This document shows positions 15,891 to 32,100 of a stretch of DNA of 64,000 nt, one piece after another. The stretch is from NCBI RefSeq assembly GCF_009914755.1, contig NC_060937.1; one strand, 5' to 3'. This DNA comes from the human T2T-CHM13v2.0 reference genome, Homo sapiens. The position numbers and the translations under genes were made by a program. The notes beneath the pieces were generated by a model. That model saw nothing but the letters and a program-made list of their open reading frames with translations. It ran no database searches and had not been told where the DNA came from. Position 1 is the first letter of the stretch. Every line of letters begins with the position of its first letter.

Positions 15891-17087
15891 TCTGGTAAAG
15901 GAAATAGACAGTTAAGCTGGTAATTTCAGCATAATATGGTGAGTGTTAAACAGACAGCCAGGGTGCCTTGGGAGCCAGTAAGTAGATGTCACCCAACCTG
16001 GTAGCTCAGGGAAGGCTTCTGGAGTTGATGACACCTCAACTGTGACTTAAGGGAATGATTATGAGTCAGCCAAGCCAAGGAAAATGGGGAGGATACTGTA
16101 GAAGGACATGATACCATGAACACAGCCATGGAGCCACGAAACTTCATGGTGTGTTCAGGTCGCTACAGTGGCTGGCAGCTTGAGTTCTAGGATGGAGTTC
16201 GGAAGATGTCACGGAATCCCAGTATGGCAGTACAAGTGCACTTGTTCTCACGGGAGGCTGGAAGCAAAGGCTGTGCTCCTTGTTCCTCAAAAGCTCTAGG
16301 GTCTCTTTTGTCTCTTAATTCCATAGTTCTCTCTCCCCTAATTAACACAGAGCTAAAAATAGCAGAGAAATGGGGAATTGGGGGGAAGATTATAGTCAAA
16401 GAAGTTTCATCACAGGATGCACAGTTAATTTGGTTGCACTGGAAATTGGTTTCCTTCTCTTAGAAAATAAAAATCATCTTTGCAAAAAATTGTCACTTCT
16501 TTTTCTTTCACTTTTTTGAGGGTGAAAATTAGTGAAAAATGAAAATATGAACAAGTTGTGCAAATAAAACTAAAAAGTCACCGAATTTGGCTTTGAAGTA
16601 TGCATCTGAGAAGCCTACTATTCTTTGGCTTGAATGAGAAGTGTAAGTTGTGGAATGGTAAAGCAGTGTAGCCTCTTTGACACCCAGCCAATTTAATTTT
16701 TTTTTTTTTTTTTAATTTTAGTGGCAGTAAGTACTGACTTACCAAGGCTTGGGGTAGCAGATACTATCACAGCTGCCAGGACTTTTCCAGGCTCCTGTCA
16801 AGAAACTGCTGCAATTCTGCAAGAGTCTTCAGATTAAATTCATGCCAAGTCATTTCCTCTGTTCTTCTACCAGTGAGGTCACCTTTGCAGCTGACCATTA
16901 GTGATGCTGTCAGCAAGAAAAGGATTATGAACTGAGGTCTAAATTTCAGTGATGTCTAGGCAAAAATAAATGTTCAAAAGAATTTAGCGAGGTTTCCAAG
17001 ACCTGGTAAATTTCTCCCTAAGAGAAATTGCCAGATTTGTGGGCTCTTGATTTTAGCCTGAAGAATCACATTCTTCAGCACTGGAAG

Positions 17088-17402
17088 TTTTTCCTTCTTT
17101 TTTTACTTTTCTTTTTTTTTAGACACAGGGTCTCACTCTGTCACCCAGGCTGGAGTGCAGTGGCAGGATCATAACTTACTGTAAACTTCGAACTACCGGG
17201 CTCAGTTGATCCTCCTGCCTCAGCCTCATGAGTAGCTAGGATTACAGATATGTGCCACTACACCTGGCTAACCTGTTTTTTTGTAGAGACAAGGTCTTGC
17301 TATATTGCCCAGGCTGGTCTCAAACTTCTGGCCTCAAAGTAATCCTCTCACCTCAGCCTCCCAAAGTGCTGAGATTACAGGCGTGAGCCACCACACCCAG
17401 CC
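17088..17402 (-). mobile_element. Alu (AluJ-like)
   Basis: Reverse Alu with TSD-like ca(c/t)tggaagtt. Confidence 0.9.
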
Positions 17403-17724
17403 CAACATTGGAAGTTGTCATAGTTATCGCCAGTTGCCTCTCTTTTTGTCTGGAGATGTGTAGGTTAGCCAAAAAAAAAAAAAAAAAATTACCGATTTTT
17501 TTTTATTTTTTCATTCACAAATATTGAATGTCTTCTCTATGTACCAGATACTATTATGCTCTCTCATGGAGGTTAGTACTGTCTACTGGAGAAGACATAC
17601 CAAAAACAAGAGAGAGAGAAAGAGGAAAGCCACAAATCAGTTGGAAACACGCCCGTATTAGTGACTGAAGAGCCTGCAAATGAAAGCTTTACAAATTCAT
17701 ATGGCCAAATAGATTTCCTTGCTC

Positions 17725-18000
17725 CTTGAGTTAAAATTCACATAACACAATTAACCATTAGCTAAGTTAAAACATACAATTCAGTGCATTTATTAACGTT
17801 CACAACGCTGTACAACCATCATCTCTCTCCAGTTCCAAGACGATTCATCACCCCAAAAGGAAACCCCATTTCCATTAAGTGATCACTCCCTATTCCCCCA
17901 CCTCCCCCGGCAACCCCTAGCCTACTGTTTGCGTGTGACTTCTTCCACTCAGTATAACACTTCTGAGGTTCATCCACACTGGAGCATGTGTCTGGTCTTT
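17725..18000 (-). mobile_element. L1MB-like 3'-end fragment
   Basis: 'aattcacataacacaattaacc..ttcatcaccccaaaaggaaacccc'. Confidence 0.6.
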
Positions 18001-20099
18001 GTAGGTTTATTCCACTACCAACCATGTTCTTTATGCTTAAAATAACTCCTCCCTATTGAACTGTTTTGGAGTGATATTTCCTGGGGTGGAGGTAGTTTAA
18101 TGATTCATCTCTGTCTTGTTAGCATGCTTGTTTATGGTAGAGAGAAATTTTGTATTCTGCCACCATACCTTGTCAAAACCTTTTAACAAGGCATTGATTC
18201 GGTTCTCTGGTTCTGAGAACTTGGCAGTGGAAGACAAGACTTCCACCCGCATTGCAAGCAAAATCATTGATGTCAATTCACGTTATTGTGGAAAACCGTG
18301 AGTTGTGACAAGTGAAAGCTTTTCACCAAGCCACAAAACTATGGGCGTGTGCAGTCAACACACGGAACACAAGGGGTTTGCTTCCGTGGCTCAGCATAGC
18401 ACTCTCTCACTAGTTCTAAAATATTCATAGCCTTTGCTGTTCCCAAAAGACGTTTGAAAAATAAGACTTCTCCTTTGTCAGCATCCGCGCTCACATAACT
18501 GGTGAAACTAGGAGATAGTTTTGTATCCCGGAAGATAATCATTGTTCCATTCAGGTGTTGGGCAGAGAGAAATGGCTTATCTGCACATCTGCAGGATGTA
18601 AGAGATTAGTGAAATATTTGTGATTCTGATGTTGATGACTTTTAATGTTTGACAGAGAAACTTTTGCAATTATTTTCTTCTGGTCCAGGCCTCACTCCTT
18701 CTAGCCCACATGGCTCTAGTCAACCTCCTTTAATCAGCAGAGTAATAGCCAAGACTGTAGTAGGATGCCTCAAGACAGACTTTTATGTTGGGACAAGTAG
18801 TGTCTTATTAAGGCGGTTCCAGCCTTTCATATCCTGCCTCCTTGGGATAAAGAGTGTTTGTTTACAGAGCTTCTGGGATAGACTGCTGCATGCTGCATCC
18901 GTACCTCTGTTGCAGAAGCACATCTGTCCCATTATGTCTAGTGACAAAAATAAGACCAACGCCTCAGTGAACTTTGCATACATCTGAATGTAAGCAAGAC
19001 AAGTATATTTGACATTTTAAAAAGGTTTTTTCTTTCACAGTTTTCAAAATAACATAGGAGACGCAAAGGAAAAAATATTTCTTGTGTTTCTAATTCACAG
19101 GTTGCTTGAGACTTTTTTTGGAGGTGCTAGTATTTTATTGGCCACAGAGTTTTGAAGGAAAATACAATTAAATCATGCTTCTGTCATTTGGGGAAAAGGA
19201 ATAACAGATTCATTTTTTCTTTTTTTAAAGATGAGAGAGATAGTATTTGGAATCTATCTTTAGATTATTCTACCTCTGAATCTAATTGAAGTAAGAAATT
19301 GGGCAAGAATGGAATCTTACTTACCACCCAGGAAAAAAGCTAAACAATTGTGGCTCAGTCCATTTTCCCCTGAGACTGTCTTCAGATTGAGGCGATCAGT
19401 GTTAAAATGGATGGAATCACCAGGCTCTCCACATTCTAGTAAGATTGTAGTACGGTTGAAAGTCAAATGAAAGTCCAGCTCTTCAGTGTGTCATTTCCTC
19501 TTGCAGACACCAGACCAAGGGCAGTGGTGGTCTGGCGCTTATATTTTGTTATTATTTGTTGAGACCAGAACTCTCCTTAAGGATATATTTATATATGTTT
19601 TAATATTAAAGTTTCTTTTCAAGGAATTTATACTAATTAGTTCATGTAATAATAACATGTGCATTCCATTTAAAGTTACCTTGCTAAATTTTCTAAGACT
19701 TGTTAGCTTCCCCATAGTTTTTAATAAACCAAAAGATCAAACGAACAGTCCCCAGTTGCCCAAATATTGAGCAGTTAAGGCTGGTTTCAGCTCATCTGAA
19801 ATCTGTAAACATTTAAAGAGAACCTCTCTCCCAGAAGATAGTGAGCACGGTGGTATTCTCCAGTCTCAGAATATTAAGGTTACTTACAGACTAGAGAGGC
19901 CTTCAGTCTATATTAACGAGTTCCTTTCCTAATCTCACCCTTCTAAGAATATATTTGATCCAATTTAGGGACAGCAACATTGAGGCCAGAGAAAAATTAA
20001 TGGGGTAGTAACTGTAGACACCAAAACACTCCCCAAATCTTGAGACATCAAATAAGCAAGACTGAATTTATGCAAAAGATACTTTAAAGATGTTTCTTT

Positions 20100-20423
<324 letters not shown>

Positions 20424-20444
20424 CTAGAACAAGAGTCACACATA

Positions 20445-20642
20445 CTTTTTGAAATTATTTTATCTATGTAAACTTACGAGGTACAAGTGTAAATTTGTGA
20501 CATGCATAGATTGAATAGAGAGGAAGTCAAGGCTTTTAGATATTCATCACCTGACTAATGTACATGGTACCCATTAAGTAATTTCTCATCATCCACCCTC
20601 CTCCCACCCCGTCACCCTTCTGAGTCTCCATTGTCTACTATC
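20445..20642 (-). mobile_element. L1MA-like 3'-end fragment
   Basis: 'ggtacaagtgtaaattt..catgcatagattg..aagtcaaggctttta..gtacccattaagtaatttctcatc'. Confidence 0.65.
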
Positions 20643-20829
20643 AGAAAAGCCTTCTCCAGCAGCGCATTGTCAGCTGAGTCTAGGAGAAGAAAGGCTTCTC
20701 ATGGACATGAGCTAAATTCCCTGGGAAAGGCCATTCCATAATGGAGAAGGCCTTCTGTTCACCCACAGTGTGGTCCTCAGACCAGCAGCTTCAGCGTCTC
20801 CTGGGAACTCACTAGAAATGCAGACCCCA

Positions 20830-21183
<354 letters not shown>

Positions 21184-22463
21184 TCAGGTGGGGGGCCTAG
21201 CGGTCTGTGTTTTTACTAGCCCTCCAGGCAAGTTTTGATGCTTTGGTGATTGAGAACTGCTGCTTATGCTGTCTTGGTGGAGAGCACTTCAGCCAGTGCC
21301 TCTTCTGCTGATTCTGTATTTATCAAAGAACCACTGACTATAATTTAGTGCTCACACTACAGTTAGGAGGTGTGTGAGTTCCCTTTACAAACCTATTTCT
21401 GATTGTAAATTCCTAAGATGGTTTACACATCAGTATCTTGTGAGCTTGATAAAAGTGAATCCATCTCGTTCAGAGTGATGCATTATGAGTGTATAGTGGA
21501 AGTCTAGCTTCTAAGCCTGTGAAACAGAGGCCCAGCCCCCTGATCCAGGCAGATTTCACTAAGGTAGAGGCCAGGGTAGATGTCCCTGCTGAACGGGCAC
21601 CCTCTCATCCCACCTCACCCTGGCTGTGTGTACTGTATATTTTTAACCAAGAGGAGAGCAGAGCGGCACAGAATGGCTGGTACTCAGTATTCCTGGTTTC
21701 TGGATTATACAGATGCAAGGGAAATGTCTCCTAGTCTTATTTCATGAGTTACTGTGTAGCATTATTGAATTGCAATGGTAAGAGGGTTAGGTAGGCCTTT
21801 CTCATTTTTGATTAGACAGCTATCATTTACAAATTAGACCACAGGGAATCGACCTTAACTTCTGTGACTAAAGCTTTTGGCAGTTACTTTTGGCATTTCT
21901 GGCCCTCTAGACTTGAAAATGACTGAGTGGTTACAATTTACAAAGTTAAGAGAGCTTTCTGTTGATTGGTGTGAATGGTAGGATATTAGACAGACTCTTA
22001 GGAGTAAAGGACAGGGATTTAGGGAAAATCCTAGTGGAGTCACTGCAGCCAGGCAGAGTTGTCTGTTACATGCAGATAACAAGTCACGCTGTTGGGGATA
22101 ATTAGAAAAAGAGGAAACAAAGTTGAGAAAAGAAGAGGGAGGCAGAGCAGACGGCAGAGGACAGGAATTTTCAGTGCAGCGTTGGGAAAGGTTGTGGAAG
22201 CTGAGGCTGACGCAGACCTAGGGCGTTAAAGCTGTATTTACAGCTGGACCTTCTGATTCCTGGGGAGGAGGGGAGGCTGGATCGTGGGTAAGAGAGACTG
22301 GCAGGGCCAGTGGAGGATACTCTCCCACTGGAGTTGTCCAGTGGGAGTTGTCTGGAGTTGTCCTGGGCAGAGGCTGCCTGTTGACAGAGGCTCAGCACAG
22401 CCATGCTTAAGATAAGCTAGCTAAGCAGGTACGAGGAAAAATAATTTACCTGAAGTTCTTTCT

Positions 22464-23166
<703 letters not shown>

Positions 23167-23909
23167 GCAGTCTTCAGTGTTTCATTTTACCCAGGCTAAA
23201 TATATTTGTAGTATACATATATGTTTATATTTTGATAGATTCATGTGAGTAAAAGATATACAATAAAAATTGACATTACCGAAGGGGAGTGGGATTAGAT
23301 GTGAGAGGGTGGATTAGTAAATTGTTTTACACACCTCTTTACCATTGGACTTGTTACAATAAGCCTATAACTATTTTTAACTCCATAAAATACATTGTTT
23401 TATAAGAGCTGTCAAATTTCACTTGCTCAGTCCCCTGATTCTCATTTTCTTATAAAATCTCAGGTTCCTCAAATATGAATTCTTCTGCCATGAGAAATTA
23501 GCAACATAGTCTTAAAGTCTGGGGAAAGATTATAGTCAGATCCACATAGATAGGACAACGTTCCAAGTCGGGAGAATGTTCATATGAGAATTGAATAGAA
23601 GGCCAAATTTTTAGGCTAAGAATATGATCAGAGGACACTTCCAGTAGAGAGAGTCAGCGTGAAGAGTTGAGGTGCATGGCTGTTGTGCATCTGAGAGCGT
23701 GTACGCGGGCGTGAGAGCGATTTAGATCCCTGTGTGTTGAATTCGAGACCCACCCAGACAGCCTCCAGTGTCTTCTCAGTGACTGTGCCCAAGATTTCTG
23801 TCCATCTGTGGACATGTTTTAATGACAGCAATTAGTGGTAATGATGGCTATTAAATACTTAATGACATTTCTGTGTTCTGAGGCTTCTTCATACAAGAAT
23901 TCACTTACT

Positions 23910-24207
<298 letters not shown>

Positions 24208-24734
24208 TTACTTTCCACAGAAGCAGGCACTGTTATGATCCACAGTTCATAAAGAAGGAATCTGAGACATGGAAAGTCGAACTTTCCCAAGCTTGTAAGT
24301 GGAACAGTATTCTGACTCCAGATCCTAAACGGTAAACCACTACTCTCTGCTGCCTCGCAGCCTGGAGATTTTCTGTAAGAGAGGGGCTAAAATAAAAAAG
24401 CCCACCTCATATTGATCACATTCTTAGTAATCCTTGAATACGTTTATATTGTGTCATTCATGAATGTCTTTTCCCTCTGGCCAGATTATGGTATTTAGGT
24501 CAGGAGCCATTTTTTCTTGTTTATTTTGTATTCTTACATTGCCCAGATATGCTCGATAAATGGTTTTTGAATGAATTAACCAAACTGTTTCTCTAATTCA
24601 CTATGCTTTTAACTGTCTAAGGAAAAGACAACCGTGGGGTCCCTCGCTGCATGCCTGGGAACCTCTCTGAACACGGAATCAACTTCCTTTCTTTGATTTT
24701 AGAGCCAGATGTGATGTTTGAAGAATGTAATCTA

Positions 24735-25133
<399 letters not shown>

Positions 25134-26881
25134 TCCACCACTCTTTCATTCTGAACAACCAGAGATGTTTGGAAAGGACACAGGAAATAATACCTGGTGA
25201 ATAGTTACTCTCGAGCACTTGCTAGGTGCGCTGCAGATCTTCGTAAATTTAATCCTCAAAACAGTTACTCAAGACCTGTATTAGCTTGATTTTAGAGTTG
25301 ACATCTGTCTGAGAAGGAGGTAACTTGGTCAGAAGGTGCCATCTCGTTGGGATGTCACAGTCGGGCCTGTTGGCTTCAGAGACTTGGGCTTTCATGCTCT
25401 GCTGCTGCCAGGACGGGGGCCACATCGCCCTGTCTCCCGATTTCTCCCATGGCTCTCCAGGACTTGGCCACCTTCAGCATCGTGTGTTCTGTACACAGCA
25501 CAGCATGAGGGTGCCAGCAGTCCTCCTTGGCTCAGCGTCTAGGATGTGTCAGAACTGTAAACCCCAAGATTCTTAGGCAACCCCCCTACCAGCGCTCATT
25601 TCTGCTACTTCAGACCAGAAACCTTCGCGGGCGGGGGTGGGGGCGGGGGCGGCGGGGGTTTCAGTTGCTTTCTGCTTCAGTTTTCTTGGCCGACGGTCTA
25701 CCTCACAGTATCACAGTCATCTTTACTTTCGTTTACTCTGCCTTTCTGTATTTTAGTTTCTGAATTTCTGTCCCATAAAGCCAGCATTTAGGCATTTTGA
25801 ATTTTGAGTTTCTTCAGTGAATTCATAATAGTAAAAATATTTAAGAAAACCTGTAAAGGCAAGATTGTTGTTGAAGCCCCTCACATTAGAACACTTCCCA
25901 GGTGCTCCAACCTGGGGGGGACTGAGGACTTACATGGGAAGTCAGAGCTCCCCATCTTTTTTCCCCAAAGGTCATTCATTCTGACAGCATGACTTCAACT
26001 TGATATGAGCAAAGAGCATTTCAGATAGGAGGAGAAAAAGGAAGAGGGTTGGGCACCGTCGTGAAATGGTACACTTCCTCACCGCGGTGCTTATCTACAT
26101 AATTGTGTTTTTATAACATTTCCTTTACTTTTCTGTAAGCTGATGCTGCCCTAATTATAGATTTTTAAGAGAACACTTCATTGTACCCCAAATTATACAG
26201 TGCTTTAAAAAGGTACTTTCTTACCGGTTTACCAAATACCTTATAAATTCGTAATTACATAAAACAATTCGAGATACAGAATAGAAACAGCCTGTACTGT
26301 TAACAGGTGTTGGTATTGTTATATAATTGAGTACATGGCTTTCAAAGATCTATAATATTTTTCTTGAGTAAAAAGAAAAAAATGACTCATTATAGTCGTA
26401 ATGTGTCACAGAGACTCCTGATCAAACAGAATGCACATGTTCTATTTTGTGCATTCTGTACAGTTCATTGTAAATGGACTTGCCTTTGTGGAAGTGAAAG
26501 TGCCACTTATTCCAGCAAATTGCCTTTGTGGCATATGCACCTACTTGTTAGACAGCTTGGGGGCACTTGGGCCAGGCAGAGGCTGGGCCCCCTTTATCAT
26601 GGGCACACCTGCACACATGGCACTATGGCGCCACACTCCAGGTAGGCTGCTGTCATTAACAGACTTGCTCCTTGGGAAACCCACTGAGGACTTCTCAGTG
26701 CCCTCCTGCCCATCAGAGACCACCTCGGAATTCTTAGAAGACTAGGAATGGGGCAGCTTCCTAGACGCTAGCTCTTTTCCCGCCACATCAGTTTTAGGCC
26801 TCTCTTATGATACAAGTGATTCAGATTACAAGGTAACCTCAGTGCAACACAAGGGAAGAAATAAATCCTCTCTGTTATTGA

Positions 26882-27209
<328 letters not shown>

Positions 27210-29062
27210 TAGTGTTTAATTTTCAATTTAATTTTTGGCACTATTTTTTTTTAAGTTGCTCATCTTAGGACAGTATAACTGGAATGAGCCTTGTGTTTCC
27301 AGTTACAAAAACAAGACAGAACAAAGGATGAGGCTAGATTTTTGTATTATTGACAACCCCATATTCTTCCCTCCAGAGGAGAGATCATCTTTCGGAAGCA
27401 AGCCCGAGATACACACAGTCTTACCCATTCCTTCAATGCTGTTGATGATTAGCCTTAAGATGGTTCTTTTCTCTAAGGAAACCCTCCCCATTTTTGCAGG
27501 ATGTTTGAAAAATGAGTTGCTGAATGGGCTTCAGATATTCTTATTCTTCTGTTTTGTTGGGATTTTCTTCCCACTCCTATTTGTGTTAATTTTTCCCTCG
27601 AAAAATGAGATTGCTGCTCACTGCCGTTGAGCCTCCTTGTGGCACATTCATTGGTCCAGTAAACGACTTAACTCCAAGAACCACCTACCAGTAACACAAC
27701 AAAACCTTGAGTACAGATTGATTCATAAATGGCAGCGGACGAGTGTTGAAAGTGACGCATTATGTCGCTGCAATGTATTGACATTATCAATTGTGTGTCA
27801 CTAAACAGCCAGGCTAACTGGATGATTTACTTTGTGTTTAACTGCCTTTTTCAGTTGGAGCAAATGTTGAGGAACTGGGATGCAATGTCAGAAACCATAT
27901 ATTTTCTTCTGTTAACACCAGCTTCACTGAGGCGTGTTGGTTTTGGCTGCAGGCTGTAAGGCTCTAGTGTAAAAAGGTCTAAACAAGTGATTAATGCCCA
28001 GGAGGCAGGGCTTTACACTGTCTCCACATCTTTTCTCCTTTCTATTTGTGTTGCCTTAATGCTTGGGGTGGGGGGTTCAGGCTATTTATTGTGCTGACGT
28101 TGGTTTCCATCCTGAGAGTCCTTGATGTTTCTTTGTGGATTTTGTTTGTTTTTAATATTATTTAGCATAATAACCTAAACCGTAAACGCTTGCAGTTGCG
28201 ATCCAGGTGTCCTTAGTTCAGCAGTCAGACGTATAATAAGGGCCACTCTGTACAGTGAAAGGTGACAGCTGTGGCCCCCAAAAAAGCAGCTCTGGACTTT
28301 CCCCTCCCAAGTTTCAGTCCTGGTAACTTGAACTAGACTTGCTAGTTTCTTGAAACATTGTTTTATTTTCTTGCAAGTTAGTGTGGTGTTCATATTTCAC
28401 AACGCTGAAAGATAGTGTTTCTCAAATGTGCACTTGCCAGTAGACGGATATGTTAACTGTTACCGTGACGCTGAGAACTGGAGCTGCTAACTGACCCTAT
28501 GCGTTTGTTCTCTGCGTAAAATGTTGTAACAGTGCTAATTACTAAGCAGCTGAATTTGTGAGAAGGTCCACAGCACTAATCTGCGCCTCAGTGTTGCCTT
28601 GCTAGTGAGAAAACGTGAGCATGTACTCAGGACACATGTACTTGATGATGAACTTCCAGGGGCACGTTTATCTGTGGATCACGGACGGTTTGACTTGTGG
28701 GACGTAACATTTGATTTCTATATGTGCGCTTTTGAGACACTCGTTTTTACCCTATTAAGAGTTGTTGAGTGCAGAACAAGACATTTTAAAAGGGAAGAGT
28801 AACATTCAGAGATTTTAAAACGGAAGCTTTTAAATTACTACTTGCTTCTGTTTATTTTTTATTTTTTGCTAGTTTTAGAAAAACAAGGAAGAATATCTCA
28901 AGTTGGAATAGTCAGATTTCAGTGTTTGGGTGATGGTGTTAAAATCGTTGTTTTAATGGTAGATGAAAATGATTCTGTTCTGTTGGATTCACATCCTGAA
29001 TAAATGTTTCTACACAATTAGAGTCTATAACAGACTAAGCCAGCATAGTGGTGGTGTGGGTT

Positions 29063-29123
29063 TTTTGTTTTGTGTTTTTTTTGTTTTGTTTTGTTTTGTT
29101 TTGTTTTGTTTTGTTTTGTTTTT
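29063..29123 (+). repeat. (TTTTG)n simple repeat
   Basis: Direct reading. Confidence 0.9.
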
Positions 29124-32100
29124 GTCTAAAAGAACAACTTCAAGCCTTGGGAAAGAATTTGTTTTTGCCCTGTGGATGGGTCAGAAACATCTGCTTCAGG
29201 TATAGTTTACAAGCGTTATTTATTAACCCATGAGCCGAAAACCCAGATGAGGAGCTCTGACTATTGAAAACTACACATTCCATGTTTTTATAAATGTATA
29301 TTAAGATGAATTCCACATACCTATTATTTGGATTTCTGGCAGCCGGAACTTCTACAAGGAATTTGTGTTTTTAAAAAGGAATGTAAAATTAATTTTTCTT
29401 GTATCAGAGTTTTGCTGTATATGAAGAAATCCTGCTCATGGGCAGAAAGCAAAGGTTTCAAAGGAACCTCATCTCCATATGGTTTTACTCGATAATCCTT
29501 TATCCACCATCTTCAGCTCTCATTCCTTTGCTTTCTCGCCTGTGGCTACATTTCTATCTCTGCATCAATTAGCACAGTGATTTATACAACAAGCAAGCAG
29601 TTTAGAGGTAATGGTACACAATTAACATCTCATTCCACCATAAAGGGTATGCTAAATACCCCAGTCATTGCTTTCTCTGCCTGGAATTGAAATAAGTGTT
29701 TGTCCTAATTCATATGCTATCTGATGTGAAGTGGGCCTGCTTTGTACCGCACTACACCATTAATCTAATTATAGATAGCTGCAAATGAAGTGCTGTCTGA
29801 GCTGGGAGATTGAAGAAAATAGCCTTTTGTCATTTAGCATGACTCTGTGAAGCAAGATCACACTTTACAGGGCAATACTACAAAATGGAAATCTCAATAA
29901 TATTGCTGCCTGTTGCATCTTTTCTAATTACAACAATATTGTAAACACAACTGGGCGCTGATATAAATAGAGCTGTAGATATGCTGTCATGTGGGTTGTA
30001 GGAGAAAGTCCTCCGAGTGCTGTTGGATTAAATGATGCATCCTGATTGACAGCTACCTTGAGACTGCACTGATGGAGTTGTCACAGCATTATGCTAACAG
30101 GCTGCTCCAGCGACTGCAGCTGTAGGAGGCTGTGGTTCGCCCTGCGCCTTAGCTGCTGCCTGTCCATGTCCGCTCCTTTGCCTGGGCTGCACCTCCAAAG
30201 GAAGGACGGCCGTAGGCTTCAATTCTGTGTATTGTCACTGTTGTGTCTTGGAGATTTGTGGTGGTGGTGGTGTAGCTCAGATATCAGGCGATTGGGCCCT
30301 GTGCAGAAGTAGAGGGAAATTATTTTGTATGGCTCCTAACCTTGCTCTGCTTTTCCTCAAGTGATAATTGTGTACCCTACAAAGAATTTAGGAGAGTAGA
30401 ACGTGGTTGAATTTCAAGTCTCATTCCACTGAACTGTTTTAACTCATATCTAGTTTTTCTCTGCTTTTCAGCCACGCCAGTGTTTTTAAAGATGCATCAT
30501 TTTTGCATTTCGCGCTTTCCATCACTTTAAAAACACTGACACTGTTTCTCCAGCTCTGAGTTAGGACAGTAGACCTTTAGGGGAATATTTGAGTGTTGCT
30601 CTCACTGCCACGCTGCGGAAATGAAGACAGAGCTTAATGTTGGAGACCTTTGGGGCCAGAAGGTGTAAAACCTTGACTAGGAAGAGAGCCTAATCTTTGA
30701 AGAAGTGTCTGCCTCCTTACTTAGTGAGGGGTGCATGGACAGTATTTGGCCAGTGCTTCAAGATAGCTGATGCACAGTGATTTACAGTCAAAGATAGCAC
30801 CTGCCCTTGAGTTGGTATTGACTGAGATGGCCAACAGTTGAGGACATGAAAGAACATTAACAGTCAGTCAACTGTACGTGTCCTAATTGTTACTGGAAGA
30901 ATGACTTATAAATGGAAACTGGAAGTGAGCCCACTTGAAGAGGAACGGAGGTTGACAGTGGCACTGGAGGCTTTGAAATCACAGCTGAAAACTGTACAGC
31001 AAACTGCAAGCGCTCACCTCGGGAGCAGCCGCAGACCTCGGGATCATTGCAACATTTAGCGCATGGGGTCTGCAGAATTACATTACTGCTACTTCTACAG
31101 GCTGTGGAAAAAAGTGGGTGGATTTAATGCTGTAAGGAGGTGCATGTACTGTACAAATACAGAAGCCTCCAGGGTGGTATTCTGTGTATCCGTGAAAGTG
31201 GAGTGTGTCTCAAAGTGGGTCATTCTTTGCTGTCTTTGGGGTGCTGATTTCTGGGGTGCAGGCATACATGCCCAGTTGCAGGATGCTTTTCTTAATGAGG
31301 TCCAGTGATAACATCCCTCTCTCACCCAGACTGTGACTAGCCGCCGCCTCCTGCTGCAGCAACCACTCTCAGCCCCCAGGCTTTCAATAGGTCCACGGAA
31401 GAGCTGCGTGTCAGTTTTAAAAACAATCCCACTGGTGTTTCTTGTCATTGTCCTGCTCTTGTGGCCTTCCTCCTGACCCTTTCATGTCAGCTGTGATTCC
31501 TTTTCTTTCTTTCTTTTAATCTTTTGGGAGAAATTTTCTTGTTAGACATGATTTCACACTGTAGAGGCCATAAAATTAATTTGCTTAGAGACCCGGGTTC
31601 GGGTCACCTTTCCGTCATTCAGTCCTTAGATAACACCTCATTCCCTCCCATTACTGTCGTGTGTGGGTTGAGGAGTCCCACCAGGCCAAGCCAGAGAGCA
31701 ACTGTTCTGTTCTCACTTACGTGGTGAGCTGTTTTTCAAGAACATTTTTTTTCATTTGGCTGTGTGGTCTGGAGAACACCTTCCTAAGCCAGCGGAGTGA
31801 AGTTCCACGCACTGACCAGCCCCGAGCTCACTGGAGCGAGTCATCTTCCGGCTCCATGGCAGCCCAGCCCCACCCACAGGCAGCTGCCTGTCACCCACGC
31901 TGGCATGTTCCCTCATCCTACCCAGGCAGCGGGAAAACCTGGCTGCTTCTGGGATCCTACTACTCTGTCCTGTCCACAAGCCTTCAGAGTCTTGGATTCC
32001 TACCCTCAAACATCAACTTTGTGATTTATCTTCTTGAAAACAACCACAAAAACTTAAAATCAAAACTCTCTAAGGGAGTTTCGCACAACCCTTGAGGAAT

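Noticed and set aside
17471-17512. A-run followed by T-run (possible hairpin or transcript end)
   Set aside because: Low-complexity sequence beside an old repeat end. Any 3'-end signal here would likely be oligo-dT internal priming.
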